Origin: Bigelowiella natans CCMP2755
Taxonomy: Eukaryota; Protista; Cercozoa
Assembly (NCBI GenBank): GCA_000320545.1
Contig: ADNK01003163.1
Location: 1-64,000, forward strand
Direction: 5' to 3'
Length of the DNA: 64,000 nt
A program made the position numbers and the translations under genes. How positions within the stretch are numbered: position 1 is the stretch's first letter; each line of letters opens with the position of its first letter. This document shows, piece after piece, positions 25,500-39,526 of this stretch. The notes beneath the pieces are model-generated. The model had not been told where the DNA came from. It saw nothing but the letters and a program-made list of their open reading frames with translations, and did not search any database.

Positions 25500-27625
25500 G
25501 TTTTTTGAACAATGAAGAAAGGCGGTCGCCGATCGATGCGACTTTGCACATGTGTGCTTCATCACACATTCAGCTACATGCGTGAGCTTGGCAGAATTGG
25601 CACAATCTGGGCGAGTGCACTTGCACCGTGTCGTCACAGCTGGCTAGCTGGTGGTGAGGTGATCTTTGAGTTTGCATTGTTATGCATGTGTGTTGCTCGT
25701 CGTTGCACTGCTAGACAGATCAGCTGCACCTTCATTTGACTCGCGCTCGCTCGGGCTCATCTGCTCATTGTTTCGAAACAGCGCGAACACGCATGGCAGA
25801 CCAGGTGCAATAAATGACATCAAGACCTGATCCAGTGGTGGTGAGCAGCGTTTTGTGATTTGCTTCACTCCTCACGAGTCACTCGGCCTCTGCACTGTCG
25901 TTTGATGCACCACATTGCATTGTCCTCTTGTCTCCGGGCCACGCCTGATTCCGTGCCAAACTGCGCCACGTGAACGAGGCTTTCTTGTCATGGTTTTCGA
26001 ACCCACGCGCCACGTCAATGTCACGTTCAATGTTCAATGTTTTGGTTCCATGCGTTTTGTGTGAAGGTGTCGCATTCTAGCATTGGCTGCACGTGGGGGA
26101 ACAGCGCGTCGCTGTTCTGATCATCCTGCCAGCCTGGCTGGGGCCTCACACCCTTGCAGCCAGGTCATCCGTCCAAGCTGGCAAGAGTGCGACAGGCCGG
26201 CGGGCGTGAAACTGCACACAAAACACACCCTCAACTTTTCCTGACCAGTTGATTGAGAAGGTCACGGATGAATCAGCGTGATGCGTGAAATCCTTTCCGT
26301 GGTTCAGCCGCTCCTGTGCAACTGCTTCGTTCGTTCATTCGCCTCGTTCGATCGCATTGCACAGCTCGTTTGTTTGGCTAGTTGGGGAGGATGAGTCAGC
26401 GTGTCCCATGCCAGCACGACCCTTTCAAGTGCTCCAACAAATCACTTCTTCTTTCTTTCTTTGCGATTGATCGTTTCTCCAAACATCAACTGTCAAAATC
26501 TGCAAATGCTTGCGGCTTGCATCGATCAAGCTAGCTAGCTAGCAAGCGATGCGAACTAGCCAGCTAGCGAAGTTCAAGGTCTGATGATGAAAAACCGCAT
26601 TTCAAAAAACGTTGCAAAAAGTTTGCAGTGCACGAAACGCAGTGCCTCGAACTAGCTCCAGTGACGGCGAAGAAGCAGAGGATTTGGATGATGGCACACC
26701 TCGGAAACCGGAAACCCTGGGCAGGAAACAATGTGGAATTTGAATTGATGTGGGATTTCAGGCAAAAACGCCTAGATCAACACATTGCATTGCAAAATGG
26801 CCGAGGATGATGCATGGTTACGACAAGGCATGTCAAAATTATCTTTTTTTGGGTCATCATGTGATGTTTCGTCCCAAATGTCCGACAACCTTTTTGGATG
26901 TGAAATGTTTGAATTTTGAACATTGTTGTTCAAAATCTGGAAGATCCAGACGACACTTTGGGAGTCTGCGTGTGGATTCTGACGAAGTGCACGTGCTCTG
27001 TTTGAACACCAACGGGTCCATTGACACCATGAGCGCGCCGTGTGAGCTTCGAGTGGTGTGATGTCACATTTGTGGTGCGTGGCAGTGTGTTTCGTGTGTT
27101 TTCGTCTGTGTTTCATGCGTGGTGTGTGTTTGTGACGTGGACGAATGGAGGAAGGGATCACATTGTGCGTGCCTCAGTGCAACGTTGAGTGTCAATTGCG
27201 GTGTGTGTGGTCATTGCAAGTGTCTTGTGTCACACAGATGTGTGTGGGAGGGTTGGCATGTGCCTGTGTGCATGAAGAAATCATCAATCTCTTCTCCTTT
27301 GGGGCATGAACCAACTTCATTGCTGAACACATTTCATGCATGTGATCCAATGTGCAATGTCATCATTTTTTGCAGCAGCAGTTTGGCAAAACGAATGCGA
27401 CAATGATGATGGTTTGTGATGCAGCCAAACAACTGTCACTGCGTGCAACCGCGCTGAGCTGGTGCACACGCATGTCTCATTGATGCAGACACGTGTGCAT
27501 GTCATGGCATGGCGTGTGCACGATGGATTCGCGCGCGCGCAACGTGATGCTGCAATCCATGGATGAACCACTGCACAGCATGATTGTGATGAAAAACGTG
27601 ACTTGGTGACTGCTGATTGCGATGA
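25500..27625. mobile_element. Unclassified transposon-derived DNA, TpA-depleted, contiguous with the pogo-like element
   Basis: Only ~16 TpA, 12 of them CTA-context; no microsatellite introns; includes the cagtgcctcgaactagc motif at 26623-26664. Confidence 0.6.
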
Positions 27626-30265
27626 TCAAATGACTGCTTTCGAACAAATGCGCTCATGCACTTTCATCTCATCAACAGATCTGATGCAACCCCCGCAGTG
27701 ATGCAAACTGCATCCACTGCAACTGTGCCATTTCCAATGATGTGAATTTTTCCTCTTCACTTTCTCAGGCATCAAATCCATCCATGCTCCTCTCAGCACG
27801 TGACACACGCCACAAGAATCGGACCAGTCAGGACACTTCTTCCAACTCTTCTTGCGTTTGTTGGATGATGCTGCCATGCATGTTTTGACGACGAAAGCAT
27901 CGAACTGTTTGTCTGCCTTGCAGTGTTTCCTGTGGGATTTCAGTGCGTCCTCAGAACAGCAGTCTGGGCACCACCACTTGGTGCACACGTCACAAGACAA
28001 TTGAGAATTCCACCCGTGATCATTCGGATTGGTTGCATCCTCAGGCAGCTCTGCGAATGCATGTTTTGGCACTTTGCACGTGTGACAAGACACACAATCC
28101 TGATCGATGACTGACATCCGTCTGCAGCTCCTGCAGTGTTTGCGTTGAGACGTTCTGATCTTGACTGACTGTTCATCGGCTGCCTTCTTTGCATCCTCCT
28201 TTTCCTTTTTGTTTTTTTCTTGCTCCTTCTTGCCATCTGGACGTGTTCTCCACTGCCTCCATCCGTCGTGTGTCAATGTGACTGATCTGTTGCTGCTCTC
28301 CTTCCGCTCGTGCACAACTTTCTTGTCAGGGTCGTGCAGCACGTCCACAGGCACGTGCTTGGCGTTGAACTCCGATTCTGTCGTGTGGCCCTTGGAGTTC
28401 ATTGACATTGCGAAGTGTGGAATCAATCTCATGGCCTTTGTTCGCCAATCTGGGAGCCGGATGAAGCCTTTGCAACGTTCAGACATCTCATCTGGATTGA
28501 ACGGATGCACGCCCGTCATCTCGAATGATTTTCTCACTTTGTCAGGGGTGCAACCCTTCACTGGCACCTCTGACATGCGTCCCAGAAAGCTGGGCAGAGA
28601 GGCCTTGAACGCAGCAGGAATGTCCTGATTTTCCCTCATTGCTCTCTTCACTCCGTTTGACACTCTCTTGCGTTTGGTTGACGCGACGTGCTCTTCGCTG
28701 TCGTTTTTGTCGTCGGTCTTTTGTTTGTGTTGACAATGAGCTGTGCTGTGAACCTGACCCACGTCCGCCGCGGCTGGTGGTCAGCGCTCGCCGAGGCAGG
28801 GGACTTTCCTGTCACGTGGTTGTGCAGTGCCAAGTGTCCAATGTCGTGTTTCACGTGCACCACTTGTTGGCTCTCCCCGTCTTGCATTTCGAAGAATGGG
28901 AGATCATCTTCCCCCGCCACCGCACGGCATCTGTTGTCAAATGGAATGATCATCTCCTCCATCAATTTTTTGTGAACCTCAGCACGTGAGGTCTCTTTCC
29001 CGGTCGTCCACAAATGACCTGGGCCACTCACGTCCTTGGTTCCTAGCTCTGGCACCTCGACGAACAACGGAGATGTGGGCTTCCCAAAAGACTTCCAAAG
29101 TGCAACGGGCCCTGAAGATCCTGACGCGGTGAGTGGTGCAGTGCACTTGGTGCTTTGATCTGGTCTTTTGCCAGGACCTTCCCTTGATGAACCCCTGGAG
29201 TCTTTCGCCCCTCTCTTGGAAACATGCGGATCTGCAGACTTTGACATCTTGGCATGATCCTCATCAAATTTCTCACAGGTCCAATCTGCATTTCCCACAC
29301 ATTCTCGGGGAAGAACGTGACGCATCTTCCCCGTTTTGATGCACGCATCGGTGTCCAATGCGGTGCACACTGTGAGAGATGCGAAACTCAAAAAATTGCG
29401 AATGCCATCTCCTGCTGTGCATCTTGCTCTGGTGCTTTCTTGTCCGCGTTTGGTTGAGTTTTCGATGGACGTGATGGCCTCCAACGTGTGCTTCTTTGTC
29501 TCAGCAGTCAATGAATTGCATTTCACGTTCTCTTTGCCGAACACTCTTGATCCAAAATTCGACTGCCTGGCCTGCTCAGACTTCAGCAAAGATTCGATCT
29601 CACTCAACCTCACAGTGAGGTCGTTCTTGTGTGCCAGTTCCACTTGATCGAGAATCTTGGCACACGCGATTGGGATGAAGGGCATGAGGACGACCTGATG
29701 AGGGCAGCACTTCGTTCAGGCAGAAATCTTCGTCAGTGTCAACCCTTTTCAGTTTTCTTGACCAACGATGCAGACTGGACCTACTAATTCTCCCGCTCAA
29801 CCTTCTGACGAGTGCAGGGATCATTGCACCGAGTGTGCCCTTTGCAATCGCGTCCATTGACCGCTCCGCTGCGTGCCTCCTTTCCTCCGTGCTGAGAGCG
29901 CCAACGGACGACGAGGTGCTGCTACTGTTGGCCGATGAACATGACGCGTTGTCATCATCAAGCACCACAGGAGGTGGGACAGTGTGCAGCTCGGGAAACA
30001 CGGTGGAGGTGGACACGGTTGACACGGAATCGGACACAGAAGAGGACGAGGATGCGCGACGGCTAGCTCTGGAGTTCGACGCGTTGAGCACATGCTGCTC
30101 GTTTCTAGCCTTCTTCCAATGCTCTTCCGATGATGAAGTCTTTTTCTGCAGTTCAAACAAATTCTGCATGGCTCGCATGACATCAGCCTGGGCGTCCTCG
30201 ACAGAGGCGGTCGCCACGTCATTGGTGGTGGAAGCTTTCCTCTTCTTTTTGCCCGATTTCCCCAT
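27626..30265 (-). mobile_element. pogo/Fot1-like (IS630-Tc1-mariner) DDD transposase, two frameshifts, TpA-erased
   Basis: Three sequential ORFs. ORF1: HTH-like ISRSSLHRW...GRP. ORF2: NADWT (D1), MQDG (D2), KSPASASADHQP. ORF3, across a frameshift: ADVG (QPxD, D3, ~37 aa after D2), SFEMTGVHPFNP (pogo GxYPFNP motif with Y->H), then two Cys/His PHD-like fingers. No Tyr in any of the three ORFs. TIRs not identified. Confidence 0.85.
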
Positions 30266-30938
30266 CAGAGAGACCGCTCAACCCAATGTGGTGTCACATG
30301 TGTGTGTGTTTGATGCTTTGGTTGCGATGGATGTGTGCAGAGTGTTTGTGTAGGGCCACACCAGCGCGTGCGAAGGGAGAGAAAGGAGACAGAAAGGACG
30401 AAGGCTCAGGCGTGTATCGGAAATAAGACAACGCCGAACTAAAAAAAAAAGGAAGGTACTGACGTCGTTTTTTTTTAACACAATATGACCTAAAATGACC
30501 AAAAAAGTGACGAATTGGCGGGAAACACAAACGAAATGGCTTCCCGCATTTTCTGTTAGCGCATTTTTGGGTGAAAATGCCTAGAAAGAGTGCCAGTCTC
30601 ACATTAATTCAAATCCCACATTATTTCCATCGCAGGAAACCCGCATTTCAAAATGACAATTTGCTACGGCAATCACGACATGGCCTGTGTTTCACATCTA
30701 CGTCCATGAACTCAAGGGAAAAACAGAGAGAAATCCATGTGTCATCTCGCACATTTAAACATAGGGGAGTTTTAAGGATTTCTTCGATGTTTCTCCAACC
30801 GACACGCGGGTTGGGCGTCGTCATGGTCTGTGCGTGTCAACCAACCAGATTGCTTCATTTTTTGTACTGGGATTTACACACTATTTTCACAGACAGTCTT
30901 GAATTATTTCATGAATGGCATGTATTTTGTGTCTTTAG

Positions 30939-31766
<828 letters not shown>

Positions 31767-31849
31767 GAAGGATCAATTGATCCACACGAAACAATGAAGT
31801 GAAGCAGAATGCATGCAACGTCACAAATTTACATCAGTGTTAGCATCGC

Positions 31850-33118
31850 ATCAGATTTGCAACTGAAACCATCAACAAAAAGTGTGACCTGAACACATGA
31901 GTTCTCAATGCGATTGCGTCACACTTGCAACGCATCACAGACGTGCAATGCGATGTGTGCAACATGCATCATGTTGCTGTCACTGTGTCCATCATGCGTG
32001 TGCGCGAATCGCATGCGATCGAGCACGCGAATCGCATGCGATCGAGCACGAAATCGCTGGGGCATGTTTGCAAGGCATGCCGTTGTGGTGTCTAGCTAGC
32101 TAGCTTGGCTAGGTGTGAGTGGGGAGCTGAGCAAGGACAGCATCCGGCCTCTCACTCAAGCCAGACGCACACGTTCCAATGATCACCTCCACCATTGTGC
32201 ATTGAAAACATTCACACACACCACATCCGTGTTGCATCATCACCGCCATCACGCAACGCACACTGCTGATGATCGACGTCACAATTGCCAGGCTAGCAGG
32301 TTGAGCTTCGTTTTGTCACTGTCACTTGACCAAGTCAGCAAGCAATCCAGGAATGCGTGCAGGACCCACGGGGTCCCATGTGTGTGTGCATGTGTGTGTG
32401 TTGTCTGTGACGTGTGCATCGACCACTTCACATGCATCTCCAAGCTCAGGTGCAATGCAAGTGAATCAGCGCACACACGAACACGTCTAGCTAGCTAGAC
32501 GTGGCACACGTGTTGATCGTGACTTGTTTGGCACACACGACTCCGTCAATGTGCCCTGTGACGACTGGGTTTTGCACAAACCATGCTTGCGCGCGCGGCC
32601 TGGCACGCTCAATCGTTGCAATTGGACATTGGAAGCACACTGGAGCCTGTTTGAAGTTCAAGTTTGATTTTTTTTCGAATTTCAGCTTCAAAACTTCACT
32701 TTTCAACGCCTGCCAGCGGAAAATGCCACTTCTGAAACAGCTAGCGCAGTTGCACTTGCTGTGCCACAAATTTTGCAAGCTCATGAAGGTGTGCGCACAC
32801 TGGCTTCACGTGCTTGCAAAATTTCAGCACAAAAACGCAAAAAATGCTCCAATTGAGAGGTCATGCCACTCGTCACAGGTTTGACGGAGTTGATTCGTCA
32901 ATGCAGGGGTCCTGAGAATGTGAGAACCAAAGCGAACATTCCAGGAAAGCTCAAAGCTCAGACTCGTGCTCCGAAATGGGATGACGAATCAGGAACAAGA
33001 ACAAGAACAAGAACAATGATGATGAACTACATTTCCAAAATGTTGCAAGACATTTGCAGTGTGCGAAATGCAGTGCCTCGAACTAGCTTTGGTGAGGACT
33101 ACAACTAGCAAACTAATG
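31850..33118. mobile_element. Unclassified repeat island, TpA-depleted
   Basis: 14 TpA by hand count, all in CTA context (11 CTAG); includes a 23-bp tandem repeat at 32003-32048 and the cagtgcctcgaactagc motif at 33054-33097. Confidence 0.75.
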
Positions 33119-33122
33119 ATAG

Positions 33123-33236
33123 ACATGCAATACACAATATATATTATATATATAGTGTATTGCTGTGTCTATTATAAGTATAACATGCAATACACAATAT
33201 ATATTATATATATAGTGTATTGCTGTGTCTATTATA
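33123..33236. repeat. 60-bp-period tandem duplication with internal palindrome
   Basis: acatgcaatacacaatatatattatatatatagtgtattgctgtgtctattata x2 (33123-33176, 33183-33236); gcaatacac/gtgtattgc arms. Confidence 0.9.
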
Positions 33237-33428
33237 CTAGCTTCAGTGGGAACTTGACTAGCAAACAGGAAGACAGTGGCTCGTGAGCACTTGTGGCATC
33301 TTCAAAACCTCAGTGTGAATGGCCTTCAATCAAAGGTTGCGACTGCATGCTAGAGCGTTTCTTTCAGAAAAAAGGAGGTGCCGTTAGATTTCATCTCAAA
33401 AGATTTGAAAGCAAGCCAAATCTACACG

Positions 33429-34228
33429 ATGGGGCAAACAACCAGTGCTAGTGGTACTAGCTCGACCCCCTCAGAGGGGGGGGGCTACTCAGGCTACTCC
33501 TCCAATGAAGAGCAGAAGAATAAAATTCGCAGTTCTACCCTTATGCTATGGAGGGGTTCCTGGAAAGGTGGAAAGTGGAAGACTAGAACCTTCCAGCTCA
33601 ACGGTGCCGTCTTGTCGTTCTCGAAAAAAAATAATACGGTAACATTAACACATTCGCTCGGTGAAACTCAGCAATATCTAGATTCTGAAATGATTGATTG
33701 TGCTAGGCTGAGGAGTACCTCGTTTTGAAACGATGCACGGTGTATGAGGGAAAGGATCCCGATTTTACCAAGAGGTTAGAGCAGCTGGGACTACCGTCAC
33801 GACTCAAGAACACTTCGGTGCGTTGTTCACTTTCTTGCAACTTTTGTTTCCATTTTTGTTTTGTTTCGAACCAATCCCAATCATATTGCCCACACATTGA
33901 GACGTGTATGCACTACTATTCGCCACCCCCTCCCTGTTACGTATAACTACCCCTTGTTGTGGCTGCTTGTCTTGTTTGAGTCTAATGCATTTAACTTCCA
34001 CCACATATGGGCTGTTGCTATTGCAAATAAGAATTGCTTCGTGGTCGCTGAGGGCCCTGGTCTATGGTATCTAGCACTCCAGCCACCAGAAAATTTACCG
34101 AAGGACGAACGAGATGTGCGCAAAACACCCAATCATAAAGACAGAGTGGGGGGAGGAAATGTGTACGAGACGTTCATTGCTAAACATCCTCTTTCGCTCA
34201 ACGACTTGTTTGCTGTTTGGGATGAATC

Positions 34229-34268
<40 letters not shown>

Positions 34269-36668
34269 TATGCGTTTGAAATTCATATGCTGTCCAAAAG
34301 AGACTTGCTAGCGAGTGGGTCGATGCTTTGCGCAAAGCCATTCATATGGCAAATAAGGCCCTTGACGAATCAAGGTGGTACAGAAGAGCAGAGTTTGCAG
34401 CAGTAGCCATAGTAGTGATGGATATGTCCCCTGGAATGTATCATGCGCTATTTCTTTTGAAATCGGGGTGTTGGTTGGTCCTCATATCTTAGGAAAGATA
34501 CAGCACTTTCATATCGAAATTGATAACTCCACAATTCGCCTGCTAACATCACTCTCTTCTTTATTGCAGAGATGAAAAGCAAGAGACGCTATCCTCATCA
34601 GTGAGAGAGGGGGTAATACAGGGAAGCGAGTGGAAAAGGAAGGAATTGAGGGAGGGAGAGAGGGAGATAGGAAGGAGGAAGAGTAAATCTGGGGATCAAA
34701 ATGTTATTGTGGTGTTGTATCGGGAAACAAAGAACGGAATTTAATACATGATGACTTTATTGTATGCAAGTGCCTGCACATTAATTGTGGTGGTGGAAAC
34801 ATGCTGCTGCTGCTACTGTTGCTGATGGCGCTGCCTAGGATCTCGTTGGGAAAACAAAGCTACAGGCACTTGAATTACTTATCGACGGCGATATAGGTTG
34901 TTGGAAATATAACGACAATAAATGATACCACCGATCAATTGTTCATCAAATACAATAAGAATGGATCTGAATCAATACCCAGCAGTAGCAAGACTTGCGA
35001 GCTACTGTCTTTCGGCATATATCTTTCAGCTAATATGTGAATTATAAGTTCGTAGTATCTTATGTGTTGCTGCTACCACTTCTTCTACAAATGAGATTAT
35101 CCTTGCAATACTCCTGACACCATGTTCTTTGCTGGAACTGTTCCTAACATCCAAAGCTGCCGTTTCGAATCCGCGACTCAAACGCCTGACGAATAGCCTA
35201 ACAACCAAGTAAAAATAGTAGCGTGAGAGTCGTAGCTGCAACAGCATTTGTAGTAGTAGTGGTGGTGGTGGTGGTGGTGGAAACCAGAGAGGGAGAAGGA
35301 GGAGGAGTAGGGGGGGAAGGGATTTCATATCAAATTTTGCATACAAAGATTCGGTATTTGTTTCAATCACCACTGACAGTCCTGCTGGCCTCTTCTTACA
35401 TTACAATCCATCAAACGCATAAACAACATACTCAGGGTCTTCGATCAATCCGATTTACATCGTGAGCAAACACAGGTGGTCCTACTACCATTAGTAGAAG
35501 AAGCAGATAGTAGTATAAGTAGGAGCAGTAGAGCAGTAGTTATTTTCATCATACTCGTGCCATTTTTAAGTGCTCTGCTCATAACGCAGTAGTTAATAAT
35601 AGCTCAAGCTTCTCATCATCATCATATACAAATGAGGTTGTGATGGAGGTTGCTGAAAGACTTCGTTTGACCATTGCCGAAGCAACTGCCAGCTTGCGTC
35701 ATTTCAGGTATTATGATTAAAGTAATAATAGAAGGAGGAGAAAATCCATTCTAGGAATCCTTGCATCGTTTGTGCACTGTTGTTATCATCATCACCATTT
35801 TAAAGAAAACAATGAGATGTTTGCATACATAAAGCTGACACCGCTGCATTGTCGCTGCTTTGTGTCATCATCAATCAGCTGGAACCGCAACAGGCTTATG
35901 AACGCATGGCATCAAGATGAAGCATCCGTAAATTCAAAATTTTCCTTCCTATTCTTCTTCCTCTTCTTCTCCTTCTTCTTCTTCACTGATGCGAACTAGC
36001 ATAGAATCATTGATCAGGATAGGAAAAGACAGATGGAAAACATAGATAATAGGGGGGAGAAGGGGGGGGATGATGGTATTTTCGTCGTAGTCCATGATAT
36101 CATTAACACAAATGAACGAATACATGCCGTCGTCATCATCATCATCATCATCATCATCGTCGTCATCTCCATGACTGAAAACAATGGTGTGATTGACAAC
36201 ACAAGGTACGTAACGAGGCAGGTCTAGCTGTCGCAGAATTCAAGAAGGTGATGCTCAAAGCAATCCCGCTACTACTCTTTGTGCATTATTTCTTGTAGCA
36301 CAATAATTATGACTTATCGTTGTACAGCATCACACGAACATAACAGATAAAACAACAACAACAACGACAATAAGATTTGTTTATCTTGAGTCATCGATCG
36401 ACGTCGCCTTTTGACACCGGCGTTTGTTGTTGTGTTTAAATCAACGATGCACTTTTATGGCTATTTATAAACACACACTCGATGATAATACACAAGTGAG
36501 ATGATGATAATAATAATACACGGCATCACCATTATCATCATATTCGTAATTGATTTTACAGGAGTTAGGCAGCGACTCGGCAGTGGATCCAAATGCCGAA
36601 GTATAACCACGCAAACTTGCCTTAAATATATGTTTATATTCATTCAATGCGTGCACTTCTTTCTTCGC

Positions 36669-36706
<38 letters not shown>

Positions 36707-36974
36707 TTGTATATATTTATCAACGGAGCCCAACATTTATGACTGTTTTGTCAGGTTCTCTGCCCTATTTGCTTCGATAACGTGAAAGTAAAAGAAACGA
36801 CTGCCCTCTCCTGTGGACACAAGGTGAGAAGAGAAAAAGATGGTGGCGGAGGAGGAGGAGCAGGAGAGTAAATGTAGACAGAGTGGACGTGGGATGCAGT
36901 AGTAGGACGTTCATACCGCCCCCTCTCTTAGAATAAATTTAGATTTGATATTTATACACCTCAGCCCCCCCCAT

Positions 36975-37009
<35 letters not shown>

Positions 37010-37661
37010 TATCACCACAACCAACACCTTCTCCTTCTCCTCATCCTCCTCGTTCCTTCTCCTTCTCCTTCTCCTTCTTCTTGTTTTTATGCACTCAACT
37101 TTGCTTTCTACCACCCTCACCTATGCCAACCGACACCACCCTTCCTTCCTCCTCCTATCGCCTCCGGGGTTGTTGTCGTATAATACAACCGTTCAATTAG
37201 TTTTGTGGAACATGCTGGAAGGGGTTCTGCGAGGAAAAAGTAATGATAGATTATTGAGGATCATGATGATGATAATGATGATGATGATGATGATGATGAT
37301 GACGTGATTCTCGAATTGTTTCACATGCACACAACATACACTAATGGCTGCTAGCTTACTGTGTATTATTGTTACTATGTTATCACATATCCAGGTTAAA
37401 TCAGGGAACTCTTGCGTCTCCGCGATTTGCATGTACCACAAGTGTACAGCAAAGGTAAAGAGGAGGAGGAGGAGGAGGAGAAGGCTGTCCGTATTACTAT
37501 TTTAAATCATGCTGCTGCTGCCTCCTTTATCTGATTCCAAGGTACCTCGAGGCACTTTCGAGAAGTTTCTGAGCGAAGATGCAGAGGGCAGGGCTTTGTT
37601 GCGGAAATACGATGAATACTCAAACTCAGACTACGTGGATAAAAATAAGGCGCTCATCTGG

Positions 37662-37722
<61 letters not shown>

Positions 37723-38200
37723 TGTGTTCCCCTTCTTCTTCTACTCTTCAATGTATGGTTGTTATAGTTGCTGACTACGGCTACAACGACGATGACGACG
37801 ATGGTGATGATGATGATCATGATGATCATGATCATGATGGTGATAATCAGGTGTCCAGCTGCAGGATGCGGAAGAGCGTTGGAGATTCCAAAAGAAGGTT
37901 ACTCAGTGATAGGCAGATATATTCTCCTTATGATGACGATGCTGATGATGATGATGCTGGTGGTGATAGTTGTATGATTTGACTAACACTGCTAGATATT
38001 TGGGAGGAATAGGGGAGGAATGAGGAGGGTATGCAACGTACCAATGACTCCTCAGCATCTTACTTGGTTGTTTGGTTGTTGTAGGAGATAGCAATCTAGA
38101 TCTTCACTGTGCTTGTGGATTTTCCTTCTGCCAATTCTGCAAAAAGGAGGCGCATGGGTTGGTTGCTTGCTTGTTGTTGGCCATACAACAATTTACCACT

Positions 38201-38234
<34 letters not shown>

Positions 38235-38560
38235 CCCTCACCATCATTTTGAATGAATATATATTATACCAGACCACTACCCTGCTCTTTGGTACAGCAA
38301 TGGGATGAATTGGTGATTGATTCTGATAGGCTCAGTGAGAAGGAGAAGAAGGTTTATGTCGTAATCAATACAATACCACCTTCCAGTTAATCAACAAGTG
38401 CTGCTTGGGCAGCACATACTCTGTCGTAGTTATGCATACGCTATTCTTTTGTTTCGATAAGGCGAAAGAAAGAACGAGAAAGCTAAAGGAAAAAATGAGG
38501 AAGGTTGTATAAATTATACTATGATGATGATGATGATGAGAAGATCGGAATATGTATATA

Positions 38561-38610
<50 letters not shown>

Positions 38611-39087
38611 GAATGCATAAATAATAGCACATTACCAAATTAAATATCAGAATGCTGAAAAGAATGAGAAATGGCTTCTGAAACGTGCAAAGCCTTGCCC
38701 ACAGGTAGGTAGGTAGGTAGTAGCATTCCTTTCTTCTTCTACTCATTCAATCACATCACATCTAATTATTTTCTTCGTCGTCCTATGCATACACCATCCT
38801 GTCGGTTTCTCATCAACCAACACTTCTAATCTTATCATTCACATGTTTGCCGTGACGCATATCGATGGAATTAGTGCCTCAGATGGATTGAGAAAAACCA
38901 AGGGTATGTATGTATGTATGTATGTATGTGTGTATGCACTCACCCATCGTGCCATAGACACTTGTAGTTATTGTTATATACGTGCTGCTGGAAAGCGCTG
39001 TGTGTCCTGTCTTCACTACGTTATGTAATTAATGTGTTATCGTCGATCTTTTCCCCTTCCTTCGCATCGTTATCACACACACACACG

Positions 39088-39163
<76 letters not shown>

Positions 39164-39478
39164 ATATTTGATTCTGCAGCTGCAACCACATGACGTGTCG
39201 CCAGAACGCTGGAGGCTGTGGGCACCAATTCTGCTGGTTGTAACAAAAGGATTGCTGCCTAAATAAACATAATATATTGTATTATATTATATTATATTAT
39301 ATATATATATATATGACATCTTCCAGGTTGTGTCTCGGTAACTGGCAAGGTCATAGAAATTGTAATTCGTCAAACGCTGCAGCCAAGCAAAGGGAAGTGC
39401 TAGAGAGAAAGCGCAAGGTACATCAATTAATACTAGTACGAATTATTCATTACTCTTACACTACAATCAGCGCTACTG

Positions 39479-39526
<48 letters not shown>

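Noticed and set aside
25500-30410. Classical RIP or 5mC CpG decay as the cause of the TG/CA-rich composition
   Set aside because: RIP would increase TpA and add stops; CpG decay would deplete CG. Here TpA is absent and CG is abundant.
30570-30605. Candidate TIR of the pogo-like element
   Set aside because: No matching inverted copy found downstream of the transposase, even allowing TA->TG/CA changes.
34420-34540. SH3/SH2-like motifs (DGYVPWN; KIQHFHIEID) after the PH domain
   Set aside because: Too short, and the exon phases are uncertain; needs an HMM search on the spliced product.
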